Shown here: positions 31,276 to 40,031 of the stretch, in pieces | Layout of the letters: each line of letters begins with the position of its first letter | Numbering within the stretch: the first letter of the stretch is position 1 | NCBI GenBank assembly: GCA_001029735.1 | Contig: CP011213.1 | Location: 524,613-588,612, forward strand | From: Berkelbacteria bacterium GW2011_GWE1_39_12 | Lineage (GTDB): Bacteria; Patescibacteriota; UBA1384; UBA12157 | DNA: 64,000 nucleotides | Direction: 5' to 3' | Notes under the pieces: generated by a model | What the model saw: the letters and a program-made list of their open reading frames with translations, nothing else | Told to the model about the DNA's origin: nothing | Database searches by the model: none | Made by a program: the position numbers and the translations under genes

Positions 31276-32749
31276 CTTCGAAAGTTACCTCATTAGGATT
31301 TTTGTCTTCTCTTAAACCTAAGAAGACGGCTTGTCTCAACATTTTATCTTTTGTCAGTTCTTGGTACCTAATCTCAATGACTATATCCGGAGCAACCCAT
31401 GTTGAATTCGGAAGCCGATTAAAATTTCCAAAAGGGGAATCCTTAATAATTTTTTGTCTTAGTTTTGAGTAGAACATTTCAAGATCTTTTTCTGTAAAAC
31501 CGGTCCCAACTCCACCGATAAACCTAAACTTATCTTTTTCAAAAATTCCTACTAATAATGATCCGAAGTATTTTCTGCCATTTTTGGGCTTTGTAAAGCC
31601 ACCAACCACAACTTCTTGCTGGGTTAAGGCTTTAATCTTTAGCCAATCTTTTGATCGAACTCCTTCGTGATATAAGCTATCCTTTTTCTTAGCGATAATT
31701 CCTTCGATGTTGTTTATTTTTGCTATTTCGAAAAATCTTTTTCCCTCTTTTTCGATAAATTCAGATTTCTTTAAATACGGAAGATCGGTAAGTATTTCGT
31801 CGAGGATTTGTTTCCTTTTAGTTAAGGGCAATACTTCGCAATTCTTCCCAGAAATATTCAAAACGTCAAAAACATAGTATATTAAATTACCCTCTTTAGT
31901 TTTTGAATAATCTTGAATTAAATGAAAATCTGGGTATCCCTTATCATTTAGAACCGTAATTTCTCCATCGAGTATACAATCAATGCTCAATTTTTTAAGC
32001 GATGAAACTAATTCGGGAAATCTTTTATTTAAAGATAATTGATTTCTTGAGATTAATTCAACTGAGCCATTTTTAATTAGCGCTAATGCTCGATAGCCGT
32101 CCCACTTAATTTCATAAAGCCAGTCTGGACTATCAAAAGGTTCGTGCACTAAAGTAGTCATCATTGGTTTGGCCATTTTAATATCTTTTGGTGGAAGTGA
32201 ACTTAGATCTAACTTTCCGCCTTTAAGCCAAAATACTTCTTTTTCGTTTTTAACTGGCTCTTCACTAAATTTTTTTTCCCTCGAAAATTCATCATTAGCT
32301 TTTATAAATAGCCAATAATTTTCCCCTTTAATTTTTTGTATTTTTACCAAAGCAAACTCGCCTTTAAGTTTTTTTCCTTTCAGCAAAAAAGTCAGGTGGC
32401 CGCTTTCTAAATTTTTATTATCTAAAAACTTATATTTACCTTTGTCCCAAATTTCTACCGTACCAGCGCCATAGTTACCCTCGGGAATCACTCCTTCGAA
32501 ATTTATATATTCTAAAGGATGGTCTTCGACTTGAACAGCCAATCTTTTTATTTTTGGATCTAATGTCGGTTTTTTTGGAATTGCCCAGCTTTTTAAAACG
32601 CCTTCCATTTGCAATCTAAAATCATAATGAAGATGCGATGCGTTGTGCTTTTGAATTACAAAATTTGAATCGGAACTACCCGTCAATTTTCCGAAGGGCT
32701 CCGGTGTTTTTTTGAATCGCCTTTTTGTTCGATATTTTCCTAAGGCCAC
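31247..32749 (-). CDS. ligD: LigD 3'-phosphoesterase (PE) + ATP-dependent DNA ligase domain protein
   Basis: PE domain 'FVIQKHNASHLHYDFRLQMEGVLKSWAIPKKP'. Ligase adenylation motif 'YEIKWDGYRALA' (KxDG). Confidence 0.85.
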   Translation of the reverse strand: MALGKYRTKRRFKKTPEPFGKLTGSSDSNFVIQKHNASHLHYDFRLQMEGVLKSWAIPKKPTLDPKIKRLAVQVEDHPLEYINFEGVIPEGNYGAGTVEIWDKGKYKFLDNKNLESGHLTFLLKGKKLKGEFALVKIQKIKGENYWLFIKANDEFSREKKFSEEPVKNEKEVFWLKGGKLDLSSLPPKDIKMAKPMMTTLVHEPFDSPDWLYEIKWDGYRALALIKNGSVELISRNQLSLNKRFPELVSSLKKLSIDCILDGEITVLNDKGYPDFHLIQDYSKTKEGNLIYYVFDVLNISGKNCEVLPLTKRKQILDEILTDLPYLKKSEFIEKEGKRFFEIAKINNIEGIIAKKKDSLYHEGVRSKDWLKIKALTQQEVVVGGFTKPKNGRKYFGSLLVGIFEKDKFRFIGGVGTGFTEKDLEMFYSKLRQKIIKDSPFGNFNRLPNSTWVAPDIVIEIRYQELTKDKMLRQAVFLGLREDKNPNEVTFEDAEINKSKF

Positions 32750-32751
32750 TT

Positions 32752-33531
32752 CTAAACCTTAGTTTTAGTTTTAGCTTTCTTTAAACTTTCTTGTAGCATT
32801 TTCATAAGGTCGGGGACAGGCGTAGGTTTTTTGACCGGAACAGCTTCCGGTTCCTTACCTGAAAGTTTTTGTTCGATAATTTTTTTCAAATTTTCGTTAA
32901 AATTATCTTTGTAGTTTTCAATCTCAATTGGCTTTTCTAAACTCGATATTAAATTAACCGCAAGTTTTAATTCGTCGTTTGTTACTTCTGAGGCTGCAGG
33001 ATTTTTTAATTCTTCTGGGCTTCTTATTTCATCTTGAAATCGAATTTGTTCCAAAATTAAATAACCATTTTCTACCTGCAAGGTCGCAAGATGCTCTCTG
33101 TTACGAATGGAAAATTTAGCTACTGCAATTCTTTTAGTTTGAATTAATGCTTCGCGAAGTAAGGCAAAAGATTTTTCAGCGCCTTCGTTTGGCTCTAGAT
33201 AATATGGTTTTTGATCTAGCATTCGATTAACTTTTTCTTTATCAGTGAAACCGACTATATTGATGCTTTTGTAGCTCGGTGAATTAACTTGTAGAAAGTC
33301 TTTTTCCGTTAAAACAACGTATTGATCCTTTTCATATTCATAGCCTTTGACGATTTCCGCATACGGAACCTCTTTTTCTTCTTCAACACAAACTCTGGCG
33401 AAACGAATCGGTGATAAATCCTTTTTATGAAGCATATCAAAATTATACACTCGATCATTCGATGCAGAATAAAGTTTAATTGGAATACTAATTAAGAAGA
33501 AATTTAAACTGCCCGACCAAATTGCTTTCAT
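32752..33531 (-). CDS. ku: Ku DNA-end-binding protein
   Basis: 'MKAIWSGSLNFFLISIPIKLYSAS...ARVC...YYLEP' matches the bacterial Ku core. Abuts the ligD genes. Confidence 0.85.
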   Translation of the reverse strand: MKAIWSGSLNFFLISIPIKLYSASNDRVYNFDMLHKKDLSPIRFARVCVEEEKEVPYAEIVKGYEYEKDQYVVLTEKDFLQVNSPSYKSINIVGFTDKEKVNRMLDQKPYYLEPNEGAEKSFALLREALIQTKRIAVAKFSIRNREHLATLQVENGYLILEQIRFQDEIRSPEELKNPAASEVTNDELKLAVNLISSLEKPIEIENYKDNFNENLKKIIEQKLSGKEPEAVPVKKPTPVPDLMKMLQESLKKAKTKTKV

Positions 33532-33635
33532 TTCACCTCTTAAAAAGTATAGTCTATTACTTTGTGAAAAGGTTTGTGGATATTAATAATGATTTACTTA
33601 ATGATTATTAATAGGATAAATAAGAAAGGAAAAGA

Positions 33636-33938
33636 ATGGTTTATCCCTATAGAAATAGATTTTTGGTCTATCTGGTTGATTTAGTGTTTTCACTGATTGA
33701 ACTTCTGCTCGTAATGAGAATACTTTTGCGTCTTTTTGGCGCTTCGCCTAGCGCATCTTTCGTGCGTTGGATTTTTGATACAACTTCTTCCCTGCTACGT
33801 CCATTTTTCGGTATCTTTCCCACGACTGCGATTAATCATGTTTATATATTAGAGCTTTCAACTTTGTTCGCTTTGGTAGTATATGCGATTTTACATTATC
33901 TAATCGTTGAACTTTTGAATTGGTTTGCTGCTCGATAA
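33636..33938 (+). CDS. YggT family membrane protein
   Basis: 'LLLVMRILLRLFGASPSASFVRWIFDTTSSLLRPFFGIFP' matches the YggT repeat. Confidence 0.65.
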   Translation: MVYPYRNRFLVYLVDLVFSLIELLLVMRILLRLFGASPSASFVRWIFDTTSSLLRPFFGIFPTTAINHVYILELSTLFALVVYAILHYLIVELLNWFAAR

Positions 33939-34160
33939 TTAGTTTTGTTTAAAAAGATTTAAAAGCTCAAAGAAAAAGCGGCCCACAATTGGGATGTTGG
34001 TTAGAACTTTTATTATATACAGCAAGATAGTAGCAAATAACGCTGAACCTAAAAAGAATCCAAAACCACCAAAAATCCCTTTGATAAATGTCCACTTTAA
34101 AGAATTAGCTTTTATTAATTCATTTTTTAATTCTAGAATAGGATTTTTTTGAATATTCAT
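33939..34160 (-). CDS. Small two-TM protein; hypothetical
   Basis: 73-aa ORF with a 'GIFGGFGFFLGSALFATILLYII' helix. Confidence 0.4.
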   Translation of the reverse strand: MNIQKNPILELKNELIKANSLKWTFIKGIFGGFGFFLGSALFATILLYIIKVLTNIPIVGRFFFELLNLFKQN

Positions 34161-34309
34161 TGTTTACTTATATTTTACTTGATTGAAAATAAAAACTCTT
34201 GATAAATAAAACAAATATTACACAAGATTTTAAAGAATTTATGAGCTAATTGCCAATGATTTTCGAGTTTAAAATAATCAAACTGAAAGTAAGAATGGGG
34301 GCGATATTA

Positions 34310-34504
34310 ATGAATAACAGCCAAAGGAAAGGGACAGAAAAAAGAGGATTTGCTTCAATGAGTCCTGACGAGCAAAAAAAAATTGCCAGTATGGGTGGAA
34401 AAGCTGCACATCAAAAAGGTACTGCGCATGAATTTACTTCTTCCGAAGCTCGAGAAGCCGGTCGCAAAGGGGGACGATCCTCCCAAAAAAGTCGAGCAAG
34501 ATAA
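34310..34504 (+). CDS. KGG-repeat stress-induced protein (YciG/con-10-like)
   Basis: 'RGFASMSPDEQKKIASMGGKAAHQKG...REAGRKGGRSS' KGG motifs. Start set at MNNSQ, which has a G-rich SD. Confidence 0.65.
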   Translation: MNNSQRKGTEKRGFASMSPDEQKKIASMGGKAAHQKGTAHEFTSSEAREAGRKGGRSSQKSRAR

Positions 34505-34554
34505 TATGCAAAATTTGATTAACTCAAAAAATCATCGGCTATACCGATGATTTT

Positions 34555-34878
34555 TTATTCGACACCATTATTTTCAATTAATTCATTTACTTTTATTTTA
34601 CCACTAGTTTCTAAATGAGCCTCACAGTGATATCCAAATTCGCCAGGATCGTTAAAAGTGTGTTCAAAAGTCTCGCCGGGTCTAATTATTTGAGATGAGA
34701 AGAAATTATCATCAGATGTGACCGTATGTTCTTTGTCGCCGACATTTTGCCAAATTACTTTTGAATTTGGATAAATTTCTAAAAAATCAGGATCAAATAC
34801 GTCATCAGTAATAACTATATTTGATCTTTCTAAATTACTTTCACTTATCTCGTCTAAGAATTCTTTTTCTTGGTTCAT
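34555..34878 (-). CDS. Cupredoxin-like (plastocyanin/amicyanin-fold) small protein
   Basis: 'KEHTVTSDD...PGEFGYHCEAHLETSGKIKV' resembles a type-1 copper H...C..H ligand arrangement. No axial Met is seen. Confidence 0.45.
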   Translation of the reverse strand: MNQEKEFLDEISESNLERSNIVITDDVFDPDFLEIYPNSKVIWQNVGDKEHTVTSDDNFFSSQIIRPGETFEHTFNDPGEFGYHCEAHLETSGKIKVNELIENNGVE

Positions 34879-34984
34879 AATTAAATTTTATAAAAAATTA
34901 TTAAAATAAACTTCGTCAAATAAAACAAAGTTTTCTAAATCAATAACCGGAGAATTTCTCCGGTTATTGTTAAATAAAGCTATC

Positions 34985-35488
34985 CTACTCTGCACCGTAT
35001 TGCTGACAAATGATGTGTGCCAGCTTTTCGGCAGTAATATCAGTGAGATCTACCGCTCTTTCTGCGTTGTTAAATACGAGATAGCAATTGCCGCTATGAA
35101 GCATAATGCCTTCTGTTTCGTCCATCCAGATACACAGCCGGAAGTCCAAAATGGTTAGCGACTCAATACTGCAGCAGTTCTCCAGCATCAAATCACGCTT
35201 TTCCAGGACTTCTTCGATTGCGGTCCGCCACTCAGCGACATTGGTACCGTATCGGTTTACGAAGTTGTTGATCTTTGATACGGATTCCTCAACGGAAACG
35301 TAGTTCTGGCCTTTGGGCCATTCCACTGATACATCGACTACTGCGAGATTCTTTACTAGATCATCACCAAATGCCTTAACGATGCCCAGATAGACGCATC
35401 CTGCTTCTTGGCTTATAACCATACCACTGAGTGGTGATTCAGTCCCAAGAAAGTATACACCGATCACATGTGAATTTTCCAAATCCAC
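34985..35488 (-). CDS. Hypothetical protein (167 aa) in a locally higher-GC segment
   Basis: Long ORF. No recognisable motif. Local GC ~47% versus ~35% nearby. Confidence 0.5.
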   Translation of the reverse strand: MDLENSHVIGVYFLGTESPLSGMVISQEAGCVYLGIVKAFGDDLVKNLAVVDVSVEWPKGQNYVSVEESVSKINNFVNRYGTNVAEWRTAIEEVLEKRDLMLENCCSIESLTILDFRLCIWMDETEGIMLHSGNCYLVFNNAERAVDLTDITAEKLAHIICQQYGAE

Positions 35489-35636
35489 ACCTCCTTAGAA
35501 TCAAATTTGCCATGCATAGCATAGCAAATTTGGGGTCCAATGTCAATCAGTGCCTTTTAAAAAACCGCCTTGATATTATAATTTCGCAGAAATTTCCGCG
35601 GATTTATCCTATCTTCGGCGGGTTAATCTTGTGTTC

Positions 35637-38360
35637 TTATCGGATGAATTTAGAAGAGAGCTTAGAAATGTTTGGAATGTCATCGCTTTTGGTAGCTTTT
35701 TGGCCTAAACGATAAAAATATTTTCGGATTTCTTCCACTACGATTATTGATAAACTAATAGTAATGATTGTTACCCAGTCAATAAAATTTAATGGAGTTG
35801 TGTGCAAAATCCTCTGCATAATTGGATTATAGACTGCTAACATCTGTAGCAGAATAACTATGATAGTCGCTCCGACTAAAAATTTATTGGAAAAAAATCT
35901 CATCTGAAAGATCGATTTTTCTTCTGAACGACAGTTCCAAGCGTTGAACCATTGAAAAACCGCTAATGTTGTCAAAGATATCGTCCAGGCTTTAGTAATA
36001 TCGACTTGATAGAACCTGCTAAAAAGATAAAGCGTACCAACCATCATTGGTAGAGCCATTAAAATAATTCTCTTTGTCATTAAGGAATCAATCAGATATT
36101 TAGAAGGTTTTTCAGGTTTTTCCTTGAGCAAACCGTCTTCTTTCGGTTCCATCGCCAATGACATGTCTAAAAAACCATCAGTAACTAAATTGAGCCAAAT
36201 AATCTGTGCCGGTAATATGGGTAGTGCCCATCCTAAAACAAGTGCTCCCGATATAGTTAAAACTTCGCCTATGCTGGTGGAGAAAAGATACAGAATCACC
36301 TTTTTAATGGTTTTATAGATCGATCGACCTTCTTCGACCGCTGAGACAATGCTGCCGAAATTATCGTCCAAAAGAACAATGTCAGCGGCTTCTTTAGTTA
36401 CCTCAGTACCGATTTTCCCCATCGCCACTCCTAAATCGGCAGCAACAAGGGAAGGCGCGTCATTAACGCCGTCGCCAGTCATCGCAATAATTTCCCCTCT
36501 TGTCCTAAAAGCTTTGATTATCATCAGTTTGTGTTCGGGAGTTACTCTGGCGAAAACCGAGGTATAATCAAGTTTTTCTGAAAGTTCAGTTTCGGAAAGT
36601 TTTTCAAGTTCTTCACCTGTTAAAATCATATCTCCTTGCGAGAAGATCCCCGCCTCTTGGGCAACTGCCTTGGCCGTAATCGGATGGTCGCCGGTAATCA
36701 TTACAATTCTAATACCGGCAGAATGTGCTTTTTGAACTGCATTATGGACTTCTGGGCGAAGAGCATCTTTCATGCCCAAAAAGCCCAAGAAGGTTAGTGA
36801 ATTAACCTCGTCTAGCTTAAGACTTGTAGAGATTTTATCCGAAGTTGCGATAGCGACCACTCTTAAACCTTCTTTAGACATTTCTTGAAAAGTTGACTCA
36901 AGTTTTTTAACCTCTACCAAAGATAATTCTTCAACTTTCCCATCCCGCCAGATTTTCTGGGAAAGTTTTAAAATCGTCTCGGGTGCTCCAGAAACTGTCA
37001 TTATTTTGTTTAATCCTTCTTGATTTACAACTGTGCGAAGTTTATGTCTGTAATCAAAGGGAGTCTCGGCAATCTTTGGCAAATCTTTTTCCGTCTTGTC
37101 TCTGTCAATCCCTAGTTTATTGGCAAATACCAACATAGCCGCCTCTGTTGGATCGCCTGAAACTTGATGGTTACCTTTCTCAAAAGTTACATTTGCCCCT
37201 GAGGACAACAATGTATGCAAAGATAAGGTTTCTAACTCAGGAAAATCACTAAGATTGATCGTTTTCCCATCAATTTTTACTTCTCCTTTTGGTTCGTAAC
37301 CTTCACCGGTAATTTGAAAGCATTTTCCATTAATAAATACTTTTTGGACCATCATTTCATTCTTTGTGATCGTGCCCGTTTTATCAACTGCAATAATTTT
37401 AGTTTGCCCTAGCGCTTCAACAGCATAAAGTTTTTTGATCAAAGCATTGCGCTTACTCATCCTCCAGACCCCGGTGGTCAGAATCAGAGTCATCACAATT
37501 GGCAAACCCTCTGGAATTATCGAAACAGCCAAAGAAACCACCGTTCTAAACATTTCAGAAAGGGGATTTCCATGAGCAATTCCAAGGAATATAAGAAGAG
37601 TACCAATTATTATGACAGCATAAACAATTAGTCGTGAAAGATAGCGGATGTTGGTTTTAAGAGGTATTTCCGTATCGATGGTAGCGATTTCTTTAGAGAT
37701 TTTCCCAATATAAGTATCTAACCCTGTGGCGACAACAATTGCTTTTCCATTTCCGGCAACAATGTGAGTTCCTTTGAAAACCATGTTTTTTTGATCGGAG
37801 ATCGGCAAATGAGTTGTTTCCAAAATCTCGGATATTTTACTTACAGGCTCTGACTCGCCAGTTAAGGTTGATTCATCGAGGCGCAACTGATTAGAAACTA
37901 ACAGACGAGCATCGGTAGGGATTTTCTCGCCTTCTTGCAAGACAATAATGTCACCAGGAACGAGTTCGCTATCTGAAATAATCGATTCTTTACCGTCCCT
38001 TAAAACAGTTGCCTTAGTGGCGACATAGTTTTTAAGTGCTAAGAGTGTATTTTGGGCTTTCCCTTCTTGAATGGTGCCGACAATCGCATTAAAGAAAAGA
38101 ACAAACAGGATCAATCCTCCATCGGTATACTCCTTTAGAAAGAGGGTAATGACGGCGGCGGCAAAAAGGATATAGATTAGAGGACTTTGAAATTGACGAA
38201 AAAATATTACCAGCAAACTATCTGATTTCGCTTCAGGAAGTTTGTTCTGTCCGTACTTTAGTAAGCGGTTTTTGCTTTCTGGATTCGTTAAACCTTCTAT
38301 ATTGGAACCAAAATCAGCCAAGATTGTCTCAGTTGATTTATTAAACCATAAATTGTTCAC
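35637..38360 (-). CDS. P2-type cation-transporting ATPase (Ca2+-ATPase-like)
   Basis: 'DKTGTITKN' phosphorylation motif, 'IPEGLP' TM4 motif, 'TGDGVNDAPSL' hinge, and the N-terminal cation-ATPase domain. Confidence 0.9.
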   Translation of the reverse strand: MNNLWFNKSTETILADFGSNIEGLTNPESKNRLLKYGQNKLPEAKSDSLLVIFFRQFQSPLIYILFAAAVITLFLKEYTDGGLILFVLFFNAIVGTIQEGKAQNTLLALKNYVATKATVLRDGKESIISDSELVPGDIIVLQEGEKIPTDARLLVSNQLRLDESTLTGESEPVSKISEILETTHLPISDQKNMVFKGTHIVAGNGKAIVVATGLDTYIGKISKEIATIDTEIPLKTNIRYLSRLIVYAVIIIGTLLIFLGIAHGNPLSEMFRTVVSLAVSIIPEGLPIVMTLILTTGVWRMSKRNALIKKLYAVEALGQTKIIAVDKTGTITKNEMMVQKVFINGKCFQITGEGYEPKGEVKIDGKTINLSDFPELETLSLHTLLSSGANVTFEKGNHQVSGDPTEAAMLVFANKLGIDRDKTEKDLPKIAETPFDYRHKLRTVVNQEGLNKIMTVSGAPETILKLSQKIWRDGKVEELSLVEVKKLESTFQEMSKEGLRVVAIATSDKISTSLKLDEVNSLTFLGFLGMKDALRPEVHNAVQKAHSAGIRIVMITGDHPITAKAVAQEAGIFSQGDMILTGEELEKLSETELSEKLDYTSVFARVTPEHKLMIIKAFRTRGEIIAMTGDGVNDAPSLVAADLGVAMGKIGTEVTKEAADIVLLDDNFGSIVSAVEEGRSIYKTIKKVILYLFSTSIGEVLTISGALVLGWALPILPAQIIWLNLVTDGFLDMSLAMEPKEDGLLKEKPEKPSKYLIDSLMTKRIILMALPMMVGTLYLFSRFYQVDITKAWTISLTTLAVFQWFNAWNCRSEEKSIFQMRFFSNKFLVGATIIVILLQMLAVYNPIMQRILHTTPLNFIDWVTIITISLSIIVVEEIRKYFYRLGQKATKSDDIPNISKLSSKFIR

Positions 38361-38364
38361 GGAG

Positions 38365-38565
38365 CTACTCCTTGATTTGCTTTAAGCCAATAATGGCAAG
38401 ATAAATGATGGGGACAACAAAAATAATCCAAAGCAAAATAACGGCCATATCGGTCAAAAACCAACCTGGAAAATAAACGGTGATTAGAACACCGGCGGCG
38501 ATCATGGAAAACTTAAGTAGCCCCAATTGCCACCAAGAAAACGAATAATCTTTAAATGGATGCAT
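38365..38565 (-). CDS. Small two-TM membrane protein, apparently co-transcribed with the P-type ATPase gene
   Basis: AAGGAG SD precedes an ATG at 38565 (MHPFKDYSFSWWQLGLLKFSMIAAGVLITVYF...). The ORF-track start at 38652 lies inside the promoter/-35 region. Confidence 0.5.
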   Translation of the reverse strand: MHPFKDYSFSWWQLGLLKFSMIAAGVLITVYFPGWFLTDMAVILLWIIFVVPIIYLAIIGLKQIKE

Positions 38566-38645
38566 TTTGCTCCTTTGTTTAATTTTACCACAGAAAGATG
38601 ATAAGTAATTGTACTGCAAATAAACGGATGAAAAACGTAAAAAAC

Positions 38646-38674
38646 TTGACAAATATGAACATATGTTCTAAAAT
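38646..38674 (+). promoter_or_regulatory. Sigma70-like promoter (TTGACA-17-TAAAAT) with a perfect 12-bp palindrome GAACATATGTTC in the spacer
   Basis: TTGACA at 38646-38651, 17-nt spacer 'aatatgaacatatgttc', TAAAAT at 38669-38674. Confidence 0.5.
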
Positions 38675-38680
38675 AAAATT

Positions 38681-38761
38681 AATCAATTTGATTTCAAACT
38701 TGTTTATAATCAATTTGATTTCAAACTTGTTTATAATCAATTTGATTTCAAACTTGTTTAT
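38681..38761 (+). repeat. Three perfect tandem copies of a 27-bp unit (AATCAATTTGATTTCAAACTTGTTTAT), each containing a TTTGA-N2-TCAAA palindrome. Probable operator/iteron array in the 5' leader.
   Basis: Direct reading: the unit repeats at 38681, 38708 and 38735. The array ends 20 nt before the ATG of the DUF134 gene. Confidence 0.9.
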
Positions 38762-38781
38762 TTTTACTAGAAAAGGAAAAT

Positions 38782-39297
38782 ATGCGTAATGGAAAACGGG
38801 GAAGAAAAAAACTTTTAAGAACAATTCATTTTTGTCCAGAAATAACCTACTTTAAACCGGTGGGGGTTCCTTTGAGAAACTTACAAGAGGAGGTTTTGAC
38901 TTTGGATGAAGTCGAAGCAATACGCTCGACAGATCTAGACGATCTAAATCAAGAAGAAGCGGCTATAAAAATGGGAATTTCCAGGATTACATATTTAAGA
39001 ATTTTACATAGTGCGCACAAAAAAATAGCCAGAAGTTTAATTTATGGTAAAGCAATTCAAATGAGAGGAGGTGATGTAATTATGCCAAACTTAGACGGGA
39101 CCGGCCCCCAGGGCCATGGTTCGCAAACTGGACAAGGACAGGGTTGGGGTAAAAAACAAGGACAAGGATTAGGCGGCACTGAAGAGTGTGTCTGCCCAAA
39201 ATGTGGCGAAAAAGTATCGCATCGCAGAGGAGTTCCCTGTAGCCAAATGATTTGCCCGAAATGTAACGCGCCTTTAACAGGAAAATTTTGTGAGTAA
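38782..39297 (+). CDS. DUF134 (UPF0251) HTH DNA-binding domain fused to a DUF5320 Gly-rich segment and a C-terminal CxxC...CxxC zinc ribbon
   Basis: 'CPEITYFKPVGVPLRNLQEEVLTLDEVEAIRSTDLDDLNQEEAAIKMGISRITYLRILHSAHKKIARSLIYGKAI' (DUF134). 'MPNLDGTGPQGHGSQTGQGQG' (DUF5320-like). 'CVCPKCGEKVSHRRGVPCSQMICPKCNAPL'. AAAGGAAAA SD. Confidence 0.75.
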   Translation: MRNGKRGRKKLLRTIHFCPEITYFKPVGVPLRNLQEEVLTLDEVEAIRSTDLDDLNQEEAAIKMGISRITYLRILHSAHKKIARSLIYGKAIQMRGGDVIMPNLDGTGPQGHGSQTGQGQGWGKKQGQGLGGTEECVCPKCGEKVSHRRGVPCSQMICPKCNAPLTGKFCE

Positions 39298-39327
39298 GAA
39301 ATTTTTTATAGAAGGGAGGTGACTAAT

Positions 39328-39570
39328 ATGCCAAGATTAAATGGAACAGGTCCGCAAGGAATGGGACCAATGACAGGAAGAGGTTTGGGTTCTTGCGGAG
39401 GTGGTAGAGGATATGGACGGGGAATGGGTTGTGGCTATGGTTGTGGAATGCCCTGGTCATATCGACAGCCGAATATTGACGAAGAAAAAGAAATGATTAA
39501 AGATGACATTGCCGTTTTAAAAGAAGAATTAAAAGCCGCCGAAGAGCGTCTTTCAGAGTTGAATAAGTAG
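39328..39570 (+). CDS. DUF5320 family protein (Gly/Cys-rich N-terminus and coiled-coil C-terminus)
   Basis: 'MPRLNGTGPQGMGPMTGRGLGSCGGGRGYGRGMGCGYGCGMPW' followed by a coiled coil. GAAGGGAGG SD before the ATG at 39328. Confidence 0.75.
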   Translation: MPRLNGTGPQGMGPMTGRGLGSCGGGRGYGRGMGCGYGCGMPWSYRQPNIDEEKEMIKDDIAVLKEELKAAEERLSELNK

Positions 39571-39635
39571 AATAAAAATGAAGAGGGAATTAACGGAAAC
39601 CCACTTCCCTCTTCACTTGTATTGTAAGGAGATTT

Positions 39636-40031
39636 ATGGACTCATACAATGTGTGCGGGCAGATCCCCGTTATTAAAGAAATATCGTGGGTTGTAATCAC
39701 TAGTGCCGCGCTAGTCGATTCAATTAATCCTTGCGCAATCGCGGTATTGTTAATTTTATTAGGATCGCTTCTTACCTTAAAAACTAAAAGGCAAGCAGTT
39801 TTAACTGGGCTATCTTTTGTTGTCGGCTTGTTTGTTGCTTATTTTTTAGCAGGCTTCGGACTTTTTCATGCCTTAACTTTGGTTGGAATCGCCAAGTGGT
39901 TCCATCTGGTAGTGGGGATATTGGCAATAATTATTGGACTTTCCAATGTCAAAGACTATTTTTGGTATGGGGCGGGTGGATTTGTTACTGAAATCCCAAA
40001 TCGCTGGCGGCCAAAAATGAAAAATATTTGA
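39636..40031 (+). CDS. ccdA: CcdA/DsbD-family thiol-disulfide transporter, N-terminal half. The gene is split or frameshifted.
   Basis: 'DSINPCAIAVLLILLGSLL' first conserved Cys-containing TM. The ORF ends in an A-rich tract, and the continuation lies in another frame. Confidence 0.6.
   Translation: MDSYNVCGQIPVIKEISWVVITSAALVDSINPCAIAVLLILLGSLLTLKTKRQAVLTGLSFVVGLFVAYFLAGFGLFHALTLVGIAKWFHLVVGILAIIIGLSNVKDYFWYGAGGFVTEIPNRWRPKMKNI

Noticed and set aside
38681-38761. Tandem repeats considered as a possible CRISPR array
   Set aside because: The copies are contiguous with no spacers, there are only 3 units, there are no cas genes, and the unit contains operator-like dyads. It is not CRISPR.
38585-38824. 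79-aa (-) and 63-aa (+) ORFs producing repetitive 'INKFEIKLI' / 'ISNLFIINL' peptides
   Set aside because: They are translations of the 3x27-bp tandem repeat and promoter region, which is better explained as a regulatory array.
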